Part shown: positions 16,028 to 26,954 of the stretch, piece after piece
Position numbering within the stretch: position 1 is the stretch's first letter
Layout: each line of letters begins with the position of its first letter
From: an uncultured Desulfobacterales bacterium
GTDB taxonomy: Bacteria; Desulfobacterota; Desulfobacteria; Desulfobacterales; JBDRRP01
Length of the DNA: 64,000 nt
Reading direction: 5' to 3'
Assembly (NCBI GenBank): GCA_964446485.1
Contig: CAYUOU010000013.1
Location: 1,183 to 65,182, forward strand
The notes under the pieces: generated by a model
Databases searched by the model: none
What the model was told of the DNA's origin: nothing
The model's input: the letters and a program-made list of their open reading frames with translations, nothing else
Made by a program: the position numbers and the translations under genes

Positions 16028-17968
16028 TCACGAAAAGTATTGATCATACCATGCTTGAAAGACGACAAGATTCCAGATCACCCATGAGTGGTCATGCCGC
16101 CCTGTACGAAAGGAGTCAACCGTCTCTTTCACCACTTCTGCGTCGAAAATAGCCTGCCGCCTGAGCCGATGAGTATCTAAATACTGGTCGATTAGGTATC
16201 CCATATCTGTTCGCAACCATCGGCTGATGGGAATCTCGAAACCGGCTTTCGGGCGTTTGTAAAGGCTTTTCGGAAGCATCGGCCGGAAGGCTTCCTTCAA
16301 GAGGCTCTTCGTTACCCCCCGTTTCATCTTTAAACGACCGGGTATGCTGAATGCCAATTCGACCATGCGATAGTCGAGAAAGGGCACTCTTACCTCCAAG
16401 GAATTCAGCATGCTCATCCAATCCACTTTTGTCAGCATATCCCCTGGAAGCGAATCCAGAGTATCGGCATAAAGAGCACGATTAATCGGGTCTCCAGGGT
16501 GTGCTTCCATAAATTGCTTCAAATGTGCGATGTCATTGGGCGCGGTATCCCCAGCGCCGTTGGATGGCGGCAAGAGTCTATGGCGCAGTTCCTCCGGCCC
16601 GATTTCCTTGAGTCTGAGCATGCGCTCTAAGGCAGTTCCTTTTGTTCCATCAATAAATTTTTGGATCCGCCGAACGAATTCTATGGATTTGGAATCTCTG
16701 CCACCAGGCAGCTGCTCGATGATGCACTCGAAAAAGGATCGTCGAATCGGTTCAGGAACGCGCATATAGCGTTCATACCAATACCAGGCCAGATAAGATC
16801 GGTATCCGGCAAAGAGTTCGTCTCCGCCGTCGCCGGACAATGCCACGGTCACGTGCTGCCGCGTCTCCCGGGACACGATGAATGTCGGGATGGCTGAAGA
16901 GTCTGAAAACGGCTCGTCAAAGGCGGACAGCACATCCTCCAGGACCGTCTTCATATCCCCGGCATCCAGTTTGAACTCATGATGGTCGGTACGATACATC
17001 CTGGCGACGTCCCGCGCGTACCGCGTTTCGTCAAACAGGGCGTCCCCGGTGAAACCGATGGAAAACGTTTTGATCCGTTCCGACGCGTTTCGGGCCATCA
17101 GCGCCACGATGATGCTCGAGTCAATGCCGCCGCTCAGGAAAGCGCCCAACGGAACATCGGCGATCATACGGTCGGTGACTGCTGTTTCAAGGGTTTCAAC
17201 GATGCGGGGCATAATTTGACTATATGCCTCACCATAGGAGAGTCTTTCATAGTCGGTATCGGCATGCTCAGGAATCGACCAATAGCGGTCGATCATGATT
17301 GCCCCTTGATCGAACAACAAACTGTGTCCGGGGGGCAATTTCCGAATGCTTTTGAAAATCGTCAGTGGGGAGGGCACATAGCTAAAAGCCGTATATAGTT
17401 GCAACGCCTCCGCATCTATCTCTTTTGGTATCCATTCAAGCGCCAACAAGGCTTTAATTTCCGAACCGAATGCGATCGTCTCTCCATTAAGGGCATAAAC
17501 TAGGGGTTTGACCCCGAGCCTATCTCGGCACAGCCATAAGCGTCCGATCCTCATGTCCCAGATCGCAAAAGCGAACATGCCATTGAGGCGTTTTACTGCT
17601 TCGGTTTCCTCTTCTTCATAAAGATGGATGATCACTTCGGTGTCAGTGTGGCTCCGGAAGACGTGGCCCTTTGCTGTCAGTTCTTCCCTGAGAGACCGGT
17701 GGTTATAAATTTCACCGTTATAAGTGATCCAGATGGTGCCGTCCTCGTTGCACATCGGCTGATGGCCGGCGTCGGACAGATCGATGATGGACAGTCGCCG
17801 GTGGGCCAGACCGGCGTACCACTGCCTCCCCGCATCACTCGGGCAGGCGCTGATGTGCACGCCGTCATCGTCAGGTCCGCGGTAAGCGAATGTTTGCGAC
17901 ATCGCTTCCAGCTGGTCCTGGGTAATGCGTGTTGCCTGTGTGGACACCACGCCGCAAATCCCGCACAT
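16028..17968 (-). CDS. asnB: Asparagine synthase (glutamine-hydrolysing) family amidotransferase
   Basis: 646 aa. Ntn start MCGICG, GATase-II block and the PP-loop SGGIDSS. EPS-locus amidotransferase context. Confidence 0.9.
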   Translation of the reverse strand: MCGICGVVSTQATRITQDQLEAMSQTFAYRGPDDDGVHISACPSDAGRQWYAGLAHRRLSIIDLSDAGHQPMCNEDGTIWITYNGEIYNHRSLREELTAKGHVFRSHTDTEVIIHLYEEEETEAVKRLNGMFAFAIWDMRIGRLWLCRDRLGVKPLVYALNGETIAFGSEIKALLALEWIPKEIDAEALQLYTAFSYVPSPLTIFKSIRKLPPGHSLLFDQGAIMIDRYWSIPEHADTDYERLSYGEAYSQIMPRIVETLETAVTDRMIADVPLGAFLSGGIDSSIIVALMARNASERIKTFSIGFTGDALFDETRYARDVARMYRTDHHEFKLDAGDMKTVLEDVLSAFDEPFSDSSAIPTFIVSRETRQHVTVALSGDGGDELFAGYRSYLAWYWYERYMRVPEPIRRSFFECIIEQLPGGRDSKSIEFVRRIQKFIDGTKGTALERMLRLKEIGPEELRHRLLPPSNGAGDTAPNDIAHLKQFMEAHPGDPINRALYADTLDSLPGDMLTKVDWMSMLNSLEVRVPFLDYRMVELAFSIPGRLKMKRGVTKSLLKEAFRPMLPKSLYKRPKAGFEIPISRWLRTDMGYLIDQYLDTHRLRRQAIFDAEVVKETVDSFRTGRHDHSWVIWNLVVFQAWYDQYFS

Positions 17969-17975
17969 AACGCCC

Positions 17976-19178
17976 CTACCCTCTCAGCACTCGCTCCAGT
18001 TCTTGAATGTTTCGATCCCAGCTGAAATGGTTCTCAACAAAGGCCCGGCAGCGATTCGCCAATTCCTCTTGGTATCCTGGCTGATCGGCAATTCTTTGAC
18101 AAAATCGAACCATAAGCTCAGCCATCGCATCAGAAGAGGTGTCGCGAAACAGTAGACGATCATCGAATTTACCAAGAATCTCAACGGTCCCCCCTACTGG
18201 CGTACCCAGGACCGGCACGCCCGAGGCCATCGCCTCCAGCGTCACCATGCCGAAGCCTTCGAGTTCAACCGTCGGTAAAATGAACATATCCGCCATGCGG
18301 TAGGTGTCCGCGAGATCATCCTCATGAACAAACCCCATGAACCTCACAGCCTCCGATAATCCGGCATGTCTGACCCTTTGCTCCAAATCGGTTCTTAATG
18401 GCCCTTCCCCGGCGATCACCAGAAATACTTCTGAAAATCGCTTGGCCAAACGACCGAAGGCGTCAATCAGTGCAGCAATGCCCATCCGCGGCACAAGATT
18501 TCTAACTGTCAGAAAGACAATTTTTTTCTCCGGTATTCCTATCCGCCGCCTGATCGCCTTTTTATCGGCTGCCGGATGAAACCGCTCCAGATCGACGCCA
18601 CCAGGAATAATAACTATTTTTTGGGAGGGAAGGCCATGGATTCGGATCAATTTCTCTTTGGTAAATTGGCTGAGAACAACCACAGTGCCGGATCGCTTCA
18701 AGCAGAAGTGTTCCAGATAATACCGAAAGACTGCATTAATAAATCTGCCACAAGTATTGCCGAAACCTGGCTGGGCAGGGTTGCGAGATATGAATTCCTC
18801 ATGGGCGAGCGAATGACAGGTGTATACGGTGCGCTCTGAGCGTACACACGGATCCCGAAGGACAGAATAAGCTGTGAAAGGCTGATGGCAGTTGATGACC
18901 TCGGGTGCCTGCGCATGTCTGATAACACGCCATGCCCGTCTGGCGTTTCGAAGCGTTGTAATAAAAAACCGCCCAGCGCTTTTCCGATCAACGCCGTAGC
19001 GATATTCGGTAACCCCTTCGATCACTTGCCGATCACTTTTGTGCCCCTGCAGGCGACGCGTTAGCAGTGAGACGTTGTGGCCCCGACGAACAAGACGAGT
19101 CGATTGCTCTCTCAGCACGCGTTCTCCGCCGCCGACGACATCAGCGATGGAAATATCAGCCGTCAACAGGATATTCAT
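17976..19178 (-). CDS. Glycosyltransferase, GT-B fold (GT4-like)
   Basis: E-x7-E region PTVELEGFGMVTLEAMASGVPVLGTPVGG. The start is moved to Met34 of the track ORF (MNILLTADIS...), 20 nt after the upstream gene's stop at 19199. The longer ORF would overlap that gene. Confidence 0.8.
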   Translation of the reverse strand: MNILLTADISIADVVGGGERVLREQSTRLVRRGHNVSLLTRRLQGHKSDRQVIEGVTEYRYGVDRKSAGRFFITTLRNARRAWRVIRHAQAPEVINCHQPFTAYSVLRDPCVRSERTVYTCHSLAHEEFISRNPAQPGFGNTCGRFINAVFRYYLEHFCLKRSGTVVVLSQFTKEKLIRIHGLPSQKIVIIPGGVDLERFHPAADKKAIRRRIGIPEKKIVFLTVRNLVPRMGIAALIDAFGRLAKRFSEVFLVIAGEGPLRTDLEQRVRHAGLSEAVRFMGFVHEDDLADTYRMADMFILPTVELEGFGMVTLEAMASGVPVLGTPVGGTVEILGKFDDRLLFRDTSSDAMAELMVRFCQRIADQPGYQEELANRCRAFVENHFSWDRNIQELERVLRG

Positions 19179-19198
19179 CCAACGCACTCCGGCATCTA

Positions 19199-20149
19199 TC
19201 AATGTTTCCCCTTCTCCTGAATCCATCCGACCAGGAAGCCCCATGCATAGCAAGCCTCGCAGACCACCCACACCCATTTTCCGTCCAGCAGGCCGCCCAG
19301 CATACGCAGCGGGAAACGCAGCACCCGCCGCCAGAGCGGCACCCGCTCCACGAATTCACCGTGTTCCGCAGGGGTCTCGATCACCCATTCTGGTGAATGG
19401 ACATTGGCGTAAGCCGCCTGCCGCCCATTGCGGTAAAACTGGGCCAGCAACTTTCTCCAGGTATCCGGTGGCAGATGGTGGTAGATGACTCCGGGAAGGA
19501 TGACCACACGAGAGCCTGCATCGCGGAACTGCTTTCGCAAATAGGGATCCAGACCGCGTGGCATCTGCTCGTTCTCGCCACCGACCTGACGAAATAGTTC
19601 GGCCCGCATGATCAGGCATGGGTGCTCAGCAAGGTCGGAATCGACGATCTCGCTCACAGGCTCCCAGCTACGCCTTGGAACCTGGCGCATCACCTGTTTG
19701 ACGAACGGAGATGCCCAGTCAGGGACGGTGTTGTTGCCACCTGCCATCCCGATATCCGGATGGGCATCCATGGCAGCGACCAACTTTTCCAGTGTCCGCA
19801 TGTCTGGAAGCGACGAGTCGTCATCCACGGTCATCAGGTATTTTCCTTTGGCCAGAGCCGCGCCGATGTTGATCGCCCGACCCTGTAAGTGATCGCCTTT
19901 AACGACAATAAGTTCGAAATTTTGATAGTTTTGTTGTTCGACCTGATCAAGCAGCTGCTGAAAATATCCGCCACGATCCGCGTCACAGGTGGGGATTATC
20001 ACCGTAACCCGGATCTCTTCACCTCCATGCTGAATAATGCGATAGACCCCAGGCGATTCACCGGGGTCCTGGTATCTCACAAACGACCTGTTTATTCCAT
20101 CAGCCGGCGTCCACTTGTTATTATCAAAAAACGTTGTTATCACACTCAC
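19199..20149 (-). CDS. Glycosyltransferase family 2
   Basis: VTVIIPTCDADRGGYFQQLLDQVEQQNY...ELIVVKG and DxD-type MTVDDDS are typical GT-A/GT2 N-terminal features. Confidence 0.8.
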   Translation of the reverse strand: MSVITTFFDNNKWTPADGINRSFVRYQDPGESPGVYRIIQHGGEEIRVTVIIPTCDADRGGYFQQLLDQVEQQNYQNFELIVVKGDHLQGRAINIGAALAKGKYLMTVDDDSSLPDMRTLEKLVAAMDAHPDIGMAGGNNTVPDWASPFVKQVMRQVPRRSWEPVSEIVDSDLAEHPCLIMRAELFRQVGGENEQMPRGLDPYLRKQFRDAGSRVVILPGVIYHHLPPDTWRKLLAQFYRNGRQAAYANVHSPEWVIETPAEHGEFVERVPLWRRVLRFPLRMLGGLLDGKWVWVVCEACYAWGFLVGWIQEKGKH

Positions 20150-20153
20150 GCTA

Positions 20154-20855
20154 TCACAGGCCTCTTCTGTCGTCGGGTTTCTCTATAATTATAGAAAAAC
20201 CCGACGCTGCATTGGATGCCATCGCATGCCCCTCCAGCAGTACATCAAGCCAGGAAATTGGAATGGCAGCCCAACCAAACAATCTCAAACCGATTTTGTA
20301 TAGAACCGGCCGGTTGAAGCTGAAAAGCATTGCAATGGTTTGCTGAAAAATCCAGGCAAGCGCTGAACCAGGCCCTGCAACGATGTGCATTTCAATAATA
20401 TTGAAATCAGACATCAACGTTATCAAACCATTTTGTGTCCACCGACAATAGTCGCTCGGCGAAGCATGTACTGTCTGCATAAACGGCACCTCGATAAATG
20501 CACGTCCGCCAATATGAAGAATTCGGTAAATCTCTTTGACGGCCGTCGAGGCATCGCGCACATGTTCGAGCACACCGGTGCAAACGATTGCATGAATGCT
20601 TTCTCCCTTGATCGGAAGCGCCAGTAAATCTCCTTGCACGTCAATATCTTGTCCGGGTAAAAGGTCTAAATTCATGCAATCAGGAGAAAGGCGCTTTGAT
20701 GACGAACCGATGTTCATACAGACGCACTCACCTTGACGCCGACTTTCAGACGCGAGAAAAAACGATGCCCGAAATTTACTCTCCCGAGACTGCCAGGTGG
20801 GATGTGGGCAATCTCGTAAGGTAGGAATCAGTCCCGTTAGTGAGCGTATGGGCAT
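20154..20855 (-). CDS. Class I SAM-dependent methyltransferase (divergent motif I)
   Basis: Methyltransf_11-like core: NIGSSS (motif I-like), ...IHAIVCTGVLEHV..., EIYRILHIGGRAFIEVP. The start site is uncertain. Confidence 0.65.
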   Translation of the reverse strand: MPIRSLTGLIPTLRDCPHPTWQSRESKFRASFFLASESRRQGECVCMNIGSSSKRLSPDCMNLDLLPGQDIDVQGDLLALPIKGESIHAIVCTGVLEHVRDASTAVKEIYRILHIGGRAFIEVPFMQTVHASPSDYCRWTQNGLITLMSDFNIIEMHIVAGPGSALAWIFQQTIAMLFSFNRPVLYKIGLRLFGWAAIPISWLDVLLEGHAMASNAASGFSIIIEKPDDRRGL

Positions 20856-20865
20856 CTATATCCCC

Positions 20866-22743
20866 TCAATTTCGAATCGATTCAGGAAAAGCGTCTTCGG
20901 CATCCTGCCCATCGATCCAAATTCTGGCCCAAACTTCAAACATCACCAACGCCCAGATTCGGTGTACTAAATTGAATCTACGACTTCGATGCATTAAAAG
21001 CAGCTTCTTTGCTTCAGCAGGCTTGATAATATTTCTTTGTTGAAAACTATTGGATAAAAATAGGCTTTCAGCGGTATTTCCAAGATCACCCAGCAACCAT
21101 CGACCGATTGGCACCGTAAACCCCTGTTTCCTCGGCCTGACAATTTCCGGGGGGAGATATCTGGCCGCAACTTTTCGCAGCAGGTATTTCCCCCGCATCC
21201 GGCGAAAACGCATATGAAACGGCAGTCTCAAAACCCACTGAATAAGATTATGATCCAACAAAGGAACCCGCACCTCGAGGCCGTGGGCCATACTCATCCG
21301 GTCGACCTTGAAAAGCACATCTTCAGGTAGATAGCGATTCAGGTCCACATACAGAAAACGGTCCCTTGAATCATAAACAGGTGCGTGCCGCATCATAATA
21401 TCAACAGTTTGGCGCATTGGTGCCGACTGGATTCTCTTTGAAAACGCATCCGTATATAGGAAATTGTTCAACCCATCGGGGACCACGGTTCTCCGCAGAT
21501 AGCGTTCATCAGGGCCGTGGCTCATATCATAAAGCAACCGCCGGAAGTGGCCTGCAATGCCGGTTTGATATGCCCACCGCCAACCGCCCGACGTCCAGAG
21601 ATTTGGCAGGCAGGGAAAAGAGAGCGCGTATCGGGTCCAATCGTATCCGGCAAAAGGTTCATCACCACCGTCTCCGGACAGCACGACCTTTACATGCTCC
21701 CTGGCAAATTCCGAAACCAAATGCGTCGGCAGGACCGAATTGTCGAACAACGGCTGCTCAAGGTGCTGCGTCAGCATCGGAAGTTTGCTGACCAATGCCG
21801 GGGTGACCAGTTTTTCTCGGTGTTTCGAACCGATATGACGGGCTGCAATTCGGGCAAAAGAGCGCTCATCCCCGCCCCCTCCGAACCCGATTGTAAATGT
21901 CTGAAGCCGTTCACTGTAGTGCTTCTGGGCGATTGCGGCCACCAGGCTTGAATCGACACCCCCTGAAAGAAAAGCACCGATCGGGACATCGGCCACGAGA
22001 TGCTTCTGAACCGCTTCGTTGAGCCTTTTGTCTAGCTCATCGGCGAGTATGTTTTCATCTTCTTCAATATCGCCTTCTGAAAATTTCGGTTCCCAGTAGC
22101 GATAAGTCTCAAGCTTTCCATCTTTCCAGATGATCGCATGCGCCGGAGGTATGTTCAAGATCCCATCGAAAATTGTTTCAGGGCCGGGAACATATCCCAG
22201 TGACATATAGGCGTCTACCGCGTTCGAATTGAGTACGGCCAGGATATCACGGTAGGCAAGAATAGACTTGATTTCGGATCCAAAGACCAGACCATGGTTT
22301 AAGACGGCATAGAACAGGGGCTTTATGCCGATGCGATCCCGAGCCAGAAAAAGTTCTCTTGCCGAATCGTCCCATACAGCGAACGCAAACATTCCTTCCA
22401 GGCGTTCAACCAACTGTCGCCCCCATCGCCGATAACCAAGCAAAATCACCTCGGTATCGGAATCAGAGTTGAAACGATCTCCCGCTTGCCGTAGCGTCTC
22501 CCTGATTTCACGGTAATTATAAATCTCGCCGTTAAATACGATTGTCAGATGGCCACCGGTCGTCATAGGCTGATGACCGGCCATGCTCAAATCAATAATC
22601 GCAAGACGCGTGTGCCCCAGGGCCACTTCTACGCCCATCCACTGCCCCCGGTCGTCAGGCCCTCTGTGGGTTAGCGTTTCCGTCATTTTCTCGATGGTCG
22701 CCTGATCGATATTTATCCCGACCGCACCGCAGATACCGCACAT
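20866..22743 (-). CDS. asnB: Asparagine synthase family amidotransferase (second paralog)
   Basis: 625 aa with MCGICG start and PP-loop SGGVDSS. It resembles the amidotransferases that accompany exosortase/PEP-CTERM EPS loci (family-level inference). Confidence 0.9.
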   Translation of the reverse strand: MCGICGAVGINIDQATIEKMTETLTHRGPDDRGQWMGVEVALGHTRLAIIDLSMAGHQPMTTGGHLTIVFNGEIYNYREIRETLRQAGDRFNSDSDTEVILLGYRRWGRQLVERLEGMFAFAVWDDSARELFLARDRIGIKPLFYAVLNHGLVFGSEIKSILAYRDILAVLNSNAVDAYMSLGYVPGPETIFDGILNIPPAHAIIWKDGKLETYRYWEPKFSEGDIEEDENILADELDKRLNEAVQKHLVADVPIGAFLSGGVDSSLVAAIAQKHYSERLQTFTIGFGGGGDERSFARIAARHIGSKHREKLVTPALVSKLPMLTQHLEQPLFDNSVLPTHLVSEFAREHVKVVLSGDGGDEPFAGYDWTRYALSFPCLPNLWTSGGWRWAYQTGIAGHFRRLLYDMSHGPDERYLRRTVVPDGLNNFLYTDAFSKRIQSAPMRQTVDIMMRHAPVYDSRDRFLYVDLNRYLPEDVLFKVDRMSMAHGLEVRVPLLDHNLIQWVLRLPFHMRFRRMRGKYLLRKVAARYLPPEIVRPRKQGFTVPIGRWLLGDLGNTAESLFLSNSFQQRNIIKPAEAKKLLLMHRSRRFNLVHRIWALVMFEVWARIWIDGQDAEDAFPESIRN

Positions 22744-23852
22744 CAGGTCAACTCTCTATAAAGCGCCATGGTTTCCCTCGCTGTTTGATCCCATGTAAAC
22801 TCCGCAGCGCGCTTTCTTCCATAATCTGTCAATTGCCGTCTGAGCATTTCATCCTCAAGAACGCCTACGATCGTGTCGGCTATTTTGGATATATCTTCAG
22901 GGTCCACGATCAGAGCTGCATCGCCGGCCACCTCGGGAAGCGATCCTCTGTCCGAAGTGATCACAGGAACTCCGCAGGCCATCGACTCGAGTACAGGCAA
23001 TCCAAACCCCTCATACAAGCTGAGGTAGAGGGACACTGCAGCACCTGATAGAAGTATGGATAAGTGGTGATCAGAAATGCTTCCGGTGAAAACGACGTTT
23101 CTGTACTTTTCTGATATGAGGCCCCTAAGTTTTTTCGCCGGGCCGACAAGGGCCAATTGGATGCAAGGATCGACCTTTTCTACTGCAGCCAATGCGCGGT
23201 CCAGATTTTTTCTGGGTTCAGGCGTTCCAACCAGGAAGATAATATAGGGCGTTTTCAGACCATAATGCTGTTTAACACGCTCCGCTTCAAAAGGATCTGC
23301 CTGTTTGAAAAATACAGGATCGACGCCTTCGTGGATAACCTGGATCCTATCTTCTGGAAAATGCATCAGGTCTACCAGATCATTGCGAGTTTGTTTTGAA
23401 ACGGCAATTACTTTGTCGGCCTTTTCGAGCGCCTTTGGCAATTCTTTGCGATAACCGCGCTCATTAAGATTTCTGTCTGTAAAATAGTCCGGGTGTTTGA
23501 GGTACGTTAAATCATGAACGGTCAGTATGCGCCGGACATTTCTTGCCGGGGGCAAAACGAAATGCAACCCGTGAAAAATGTCAATGCGACCACATAACTG
23601 TTCGATCGGTGGCCAGGAAAAACGATCCCATAGTCCGCTAATCAGGCGACGGGGGAAAAACCAACGCCGCACGGATACGTCACTCTTTTCAGGTTTCCAG
23701 GGGCGCATCCGTTCTCTGAAACGGATATAAAACAAAGCTAATTCCTGAGGCGGCAAACATTCCCTCATTACCGCATTGATCAAGGCCCGAGCATACCGTG
23801 CGACACCGCCTTCCTGAAAAAAGGCTGCATATGCATCGATGCCGATCTTCAT
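22743..23852 (-). CDS. Glycosyltransferase, GT-B fold (GT4-like)
   Basis: [29 protein letters not shown]. The start is set at MKIGIDAY (23852), which forms an ATGA overlap with the stop of the upstream GT gene. Confidence 0.8.
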   Translation of the reverse strand: MKIGIDAYAAFFQEGGVARYARALINAVMRECLPPQELALFYIRFRERMRPWKPEKSDVSVRRWFFPRRLISGLWDRFSWPPIEQLCGRIDIFHGLHFVLPPARNVRRILTVHDLTYLKHPDYFTDRNLNERGYRKELPKALEKADKVIAVSKQTRNDLVDLMHFPEDRIQVIHEGVDPVFFKQADPFEAERVKQHYGLKTPYIIFLVGTPEPRKNLDRALAAVEKVDPCIQLALVGPAKKLRGLISEKYRNVVFTGSISDHHLSILLSGAAVSLYLSLYEGFGLPVLESMACGVPVITSDRGSLPEVAGDAALIVDPEDISKIADTIVGVLEDEMLRRQLTDYGRKRAAEFTWDQTARETMALYRELT

Positions 23853-24985
23853 GCGATGCTTTGAAATACCCTGAGTGTCTTTTGAGCCGCCGATTCCCAA
23901 GAATACCGCCGTGCCCATTTCATCCTTTCTTCGGCCGTTGAAATCGGGCTGTTTTCATTTATGGAAATTCCTTCTGCAATATCGCTGATGCTGTCAGGAT
24001 CTACATAATAGGCATGTGGACCTAAAATTTCTTCAAACACCGGCACTCTAGATACCATGACCGGTGTCCCGCAAGAAAGCGCTTCAAGAGGAGGGAGGCC
24101 AAAGCCTTCATAATATGAAAGATAGCAGAACAACTTTGCGCCATGGTACAAAATAGGTATCTCATCCTGGTCAACATATCCCAGCAGTCTTATCCAACCT
24201 TGCTCGATCCCAAATTTTCCAGTCTCAATGATTTCTCTCGCTCCGTAACCCTCAATTCCGACTAACACGAGTTGCGACTTTGTCCCATCTTGGAATCTTA
24301 ACTTTAAATAGCCCCGAATCAAATTTGATAAATTTTTCCGATATTCTATTGTGCCTACGCATAAAATATACTCTCCCTCTATTCGATATTTCTCTCTGGT
24401 ATCATAGAGTTTGTGATCAATATTAAATATTGCCGATAGCAACGGTGCTTCGTGAACGACAGAGATCTTCTCTTCAACTTTTGGGAAAAAACCGGCAATT
24501 TCATCCTTCGTAAACTTCGAAACAGCGATAATCGCTTTGGCGGATCTTAGCGTATATCCGATTTTTTTGGCACGCTTTTGCGCAATTTTATCTGGAAACC
24601 ATTCCGGGTAGCGAAGAAATGAGAGGTCATGAATGGTGCACACTATCGGAACACTGATTGAATATGGAGGAAAAAAGTTTGGTTCGAAAAAAACGTCTAC
24701 ATTTTTCAATACTCTTTCTATAGGCCAAATGTGTTGATCCCAGAAAAATTCTAGAAGGCCAGTAGGCAACCAACTGCGCACGATTTCCGAGCGCGTCGGC
24801 ATTTGTGGGAATAAATGCCTCAATTTGACTTCTTTGCGATGTTCTGACCCGCCATAAAGAAAGAATTCTGCAACATCAAGTCGCATCAAAACTGATAGGA
24901 GTCGGAGTGTATATTGACTGACACCGGCAAGTTGCATCGAACCCGATAGCGACCGAACATCAACGCCGATTCTAAGTCTTTTCAT
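23849..24985 (-). CDS. Glycosyltransferase, GT-B fold (GT4-like)
   Basis: YEGFGLPPLEALSCGTPVMVSRVPVFEE and the typical MKRLRIGVDVRSL start. Confidence 0.8.
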   Translation of the reverse strand: MKRLRIGVDVRSLSGSMQLAGVSQYTLRLLSVLMRLDVAEFFLYGGSEHRKEVKLRHLFPQMPTRSEIVRSWLPTGLLEFFWDQHIWPIERVLKNVDVFFEPNFFPPYSISVPIVCTIHDLSFLRYPEWFPDKIAQKRAKKIGYTLRSAKAIIAVSKFTKDEIAGFFPKVEEKISVVHEAPLLSAIFNIDHKLYDTREKYRIEGEYILCVGTIEYRKNLSNLIRGYLKLRFQDGTKSQLVLVGIEGYGAREIIETGKFGIEQGWIRLLGYVDQDEIPILYHGAKLFCYLSYYEGFGLPPLEALSCGTPVMVSRVPVFEEILGPHAYYVDPDSISDIAEGISINENSPISTAEERMKWARRYSWESAAQKTLRVFQSIA

Positions 24986-25146
24986 AAAATTTCAGTCTTG
25001 CTGCTAAAACTTATAGCCTATGCATTAAATATTTAACCCATAAAACACTCGATTCATCCGCGCAATGCGCAAGCAAAATGAATCTATTCCAGTCAATCGA
25101 TACCATAGCCACCAATTGATATGACTATTTCATATGTAAATGCCCT

Positions 25147-25803
25147 TCATTCTTTCTCCGCAATTATAAATACCTCACCACTATTATAATACTCGAGCAT
25201 TATCAATTTAAGCAGGAACAATCGCACACAATTCGTGATCGCATGCAATGGCTTGCCCCAATCAATTTTCAAACGAGAGCTCGGGTCAGTTCCTGAATCG
25301 ATGATGACAAATCCAGCTGACAATAACATATTGCCCATAGCCGAAATTGGATAAAATCGCACATGAGTGGGGTCAGACCAGAATTCCCCAATGCCTGGCA
25401 GCCAGTTTGGATTCGGTGTCAACAAGATCACCCTACCACCTCGCCGTAGAGCAGCCCAGCAACCTGCCATCAAGTCATAGGCCAGATTCATTGGTAAATG
25501 CTCAATCAAATGCCCGACAAATATTCCATCCCAATCCTCGGTAGTTGTACCCAGATAGCTTACTGCATCTTGCTCGACGACATTCAGGCCTTTCGCCTGG
25601 CAAATCCTTACAAGTTCATTATCTGTTTCTACCCCAACGGCTTCATTGCCTCGCTCCTGCAATAATTCAAGGACCTCTCCACGGCCACAGCCCAAATCAA
25701 GTACTCTTCCTTGTTGTGGAAATAACTCCACGAACCATGACCTGGCAGTTTTCATTTGCAATGCGCCTGGGAAAAAATGCGGCTGATATGCCATGTATCT
25801 CAT
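25147..25803 (-). CDS. Class I SAM-dependent methyltransferase
   Basis: Motif I VLDLGCGRGEVLELL and motif post-I/II GIFVGHLIEHL...LRRGGRVILLTPN. ATGA overlap with the upstream GT gene at 25800-25803. Confidence 0.8.
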   Translation of the reverse strand: MRYMAYQPHFFPGALQMKTARSWFVELFPQQGRVLDLGCGRGEVLELLQERGNEAVGVETDNELVRICQAKGLNVVEQDAVSYLGTTTEDWDGIFVGHLIEHLPMNLAYDLMAGCWAALRRGGRVILLTPNPNWLPGIGEFWSDPTHVRFYPISAMGNMLLSAGFVIIDSGTDPSSRLKIDWGKPLHAITNCVRLFLLKLIMLEYYNSGEVFIIAEKE

Positions 25804-26954
25804 GCCCCCTTCTCACCAATATTGCGATACACCTGGAGAGCCATTTTCGCCGCCCTCTGCCAATTCATGCGCGCAGAATGGGCAAATCCTTTGTCAATCA
25901 TATCTTCCCTTAGTTTTTGTTCGCTCAAAACCGTTGCAATCCCCTCAGCTATATCTGAAGGGCTGTACGGATCAACTAGAAGGGCGGCACCACCGGTCGT
26001 CTCTGGGAGCGAAGACACATTTGATGCAATTACAGGAGATCCGCATGCCATGGCTTCGACAGGTGGCGAACACCAGCCCTCATAAAAACTGGGGAAAGCA
26101 CAACAGGATGATCCATTATAGAAATCAACCAAATCATGTGAATGTGGTTCAATCCACCCAATTAGATGAACATAGTTCTCTAAACGCTGCTTGGCGATAG
26201 TACGTTGAATTTCGCTCCATGCACTGTCCGGCTTTCCAACTAGACAGAGATGATATTTTGCTAATCCTTGATTGTGCAAAAGGACATAGGCATTCAGTAG
26301 ACCAAGAACATTCTTATGAATTCCAATCGCGCCAACATAAAGTATATACGGCCAGTCTACATTAAAACGTTCTTTTAATCGGCGTTGCATAGCCGACCTA
26401 TTTTCTATCTTATGGAAAATTGGATCCACACCATGGGGAATTATATAAATCCGTGTTGGGTCAATATCCAAATAACAGCTTATATCTTTGGCCGTAGTCT
26501 CAGAAACAGCAATAAGATAATCAGTTCGAGGCAATGCATCTCGAAGCACTTTCCTTAAAGCTTTTACTCTCTCAAGGGGCAACTTGTCTGGAATCACTTC
26601 CGCTACTATTCCATGTAAGGTAACTATTATTTTAGCCTTTTTTGCGGGCGGGGCATAAATGCTTGTTCCATGATATAAGTCTACCTCTCCCAATAACTGT
26701 TCTAATTTTGGCAATTTTAAATGTTTCCATCCCCAATTGATTATTGAAAACGGGCACTTAATATGCTGGACAGAAATTTTACCTGATCTTTCGAGTGCAG
26801 TAATCTCCATATTTCTTGGAGAGCGCGAAATACAAAGCATACTGTAATTGTGCCCTGTATTTACTTCAATAAGTTCTTTGTATAGATTAATGGAGGTACG
26901 AAAATCTGCACCTCGACTATAAATTATTGGAACAGAATCAAGGCATATTCGCAT
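25800..26954 (-). CDS. Glycosyltransferase, GT-B fold (GT4-like)
   Basis: YEGWCSPPVEAMACGSPVIASNVSSLPET. N-terminal MRICLDSVPI. Confidence 0.8.
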   Translation of the reverse strand: MRICLDSVPIIYSRGADFRTSINLYKELIEVNTGHNYSMLCISRSPRNMEITALERSGKISVQHIKCPFSIINWGWKHLKLPKLEQLLGEVDLYHGTSIYAPPAKKAKIIVTLHGIVAEVIPDKLPLERVKALRKVLRDALPRTDYLIAVSETTAKDISCYLDIDPTRIYIIPHGVDPIFHKIENRSAMQRRLKERFNVDWPYILYVGAIGIHKNVLGLLNAYVLLHNQGLAKYHLCLVGKPDSAWSEIQRTIAKQRLENYVHLIGWIEPHSHDLVDFYNGSSCCAFPSFYEGWCSPPVEAMACGSPVIASNVSSLPETTGGAALLVDPYSPSDIAEGIATVLSEQKLREDMIDKGFAHSARMNWQRAAKMALQVYRNIGEKGA

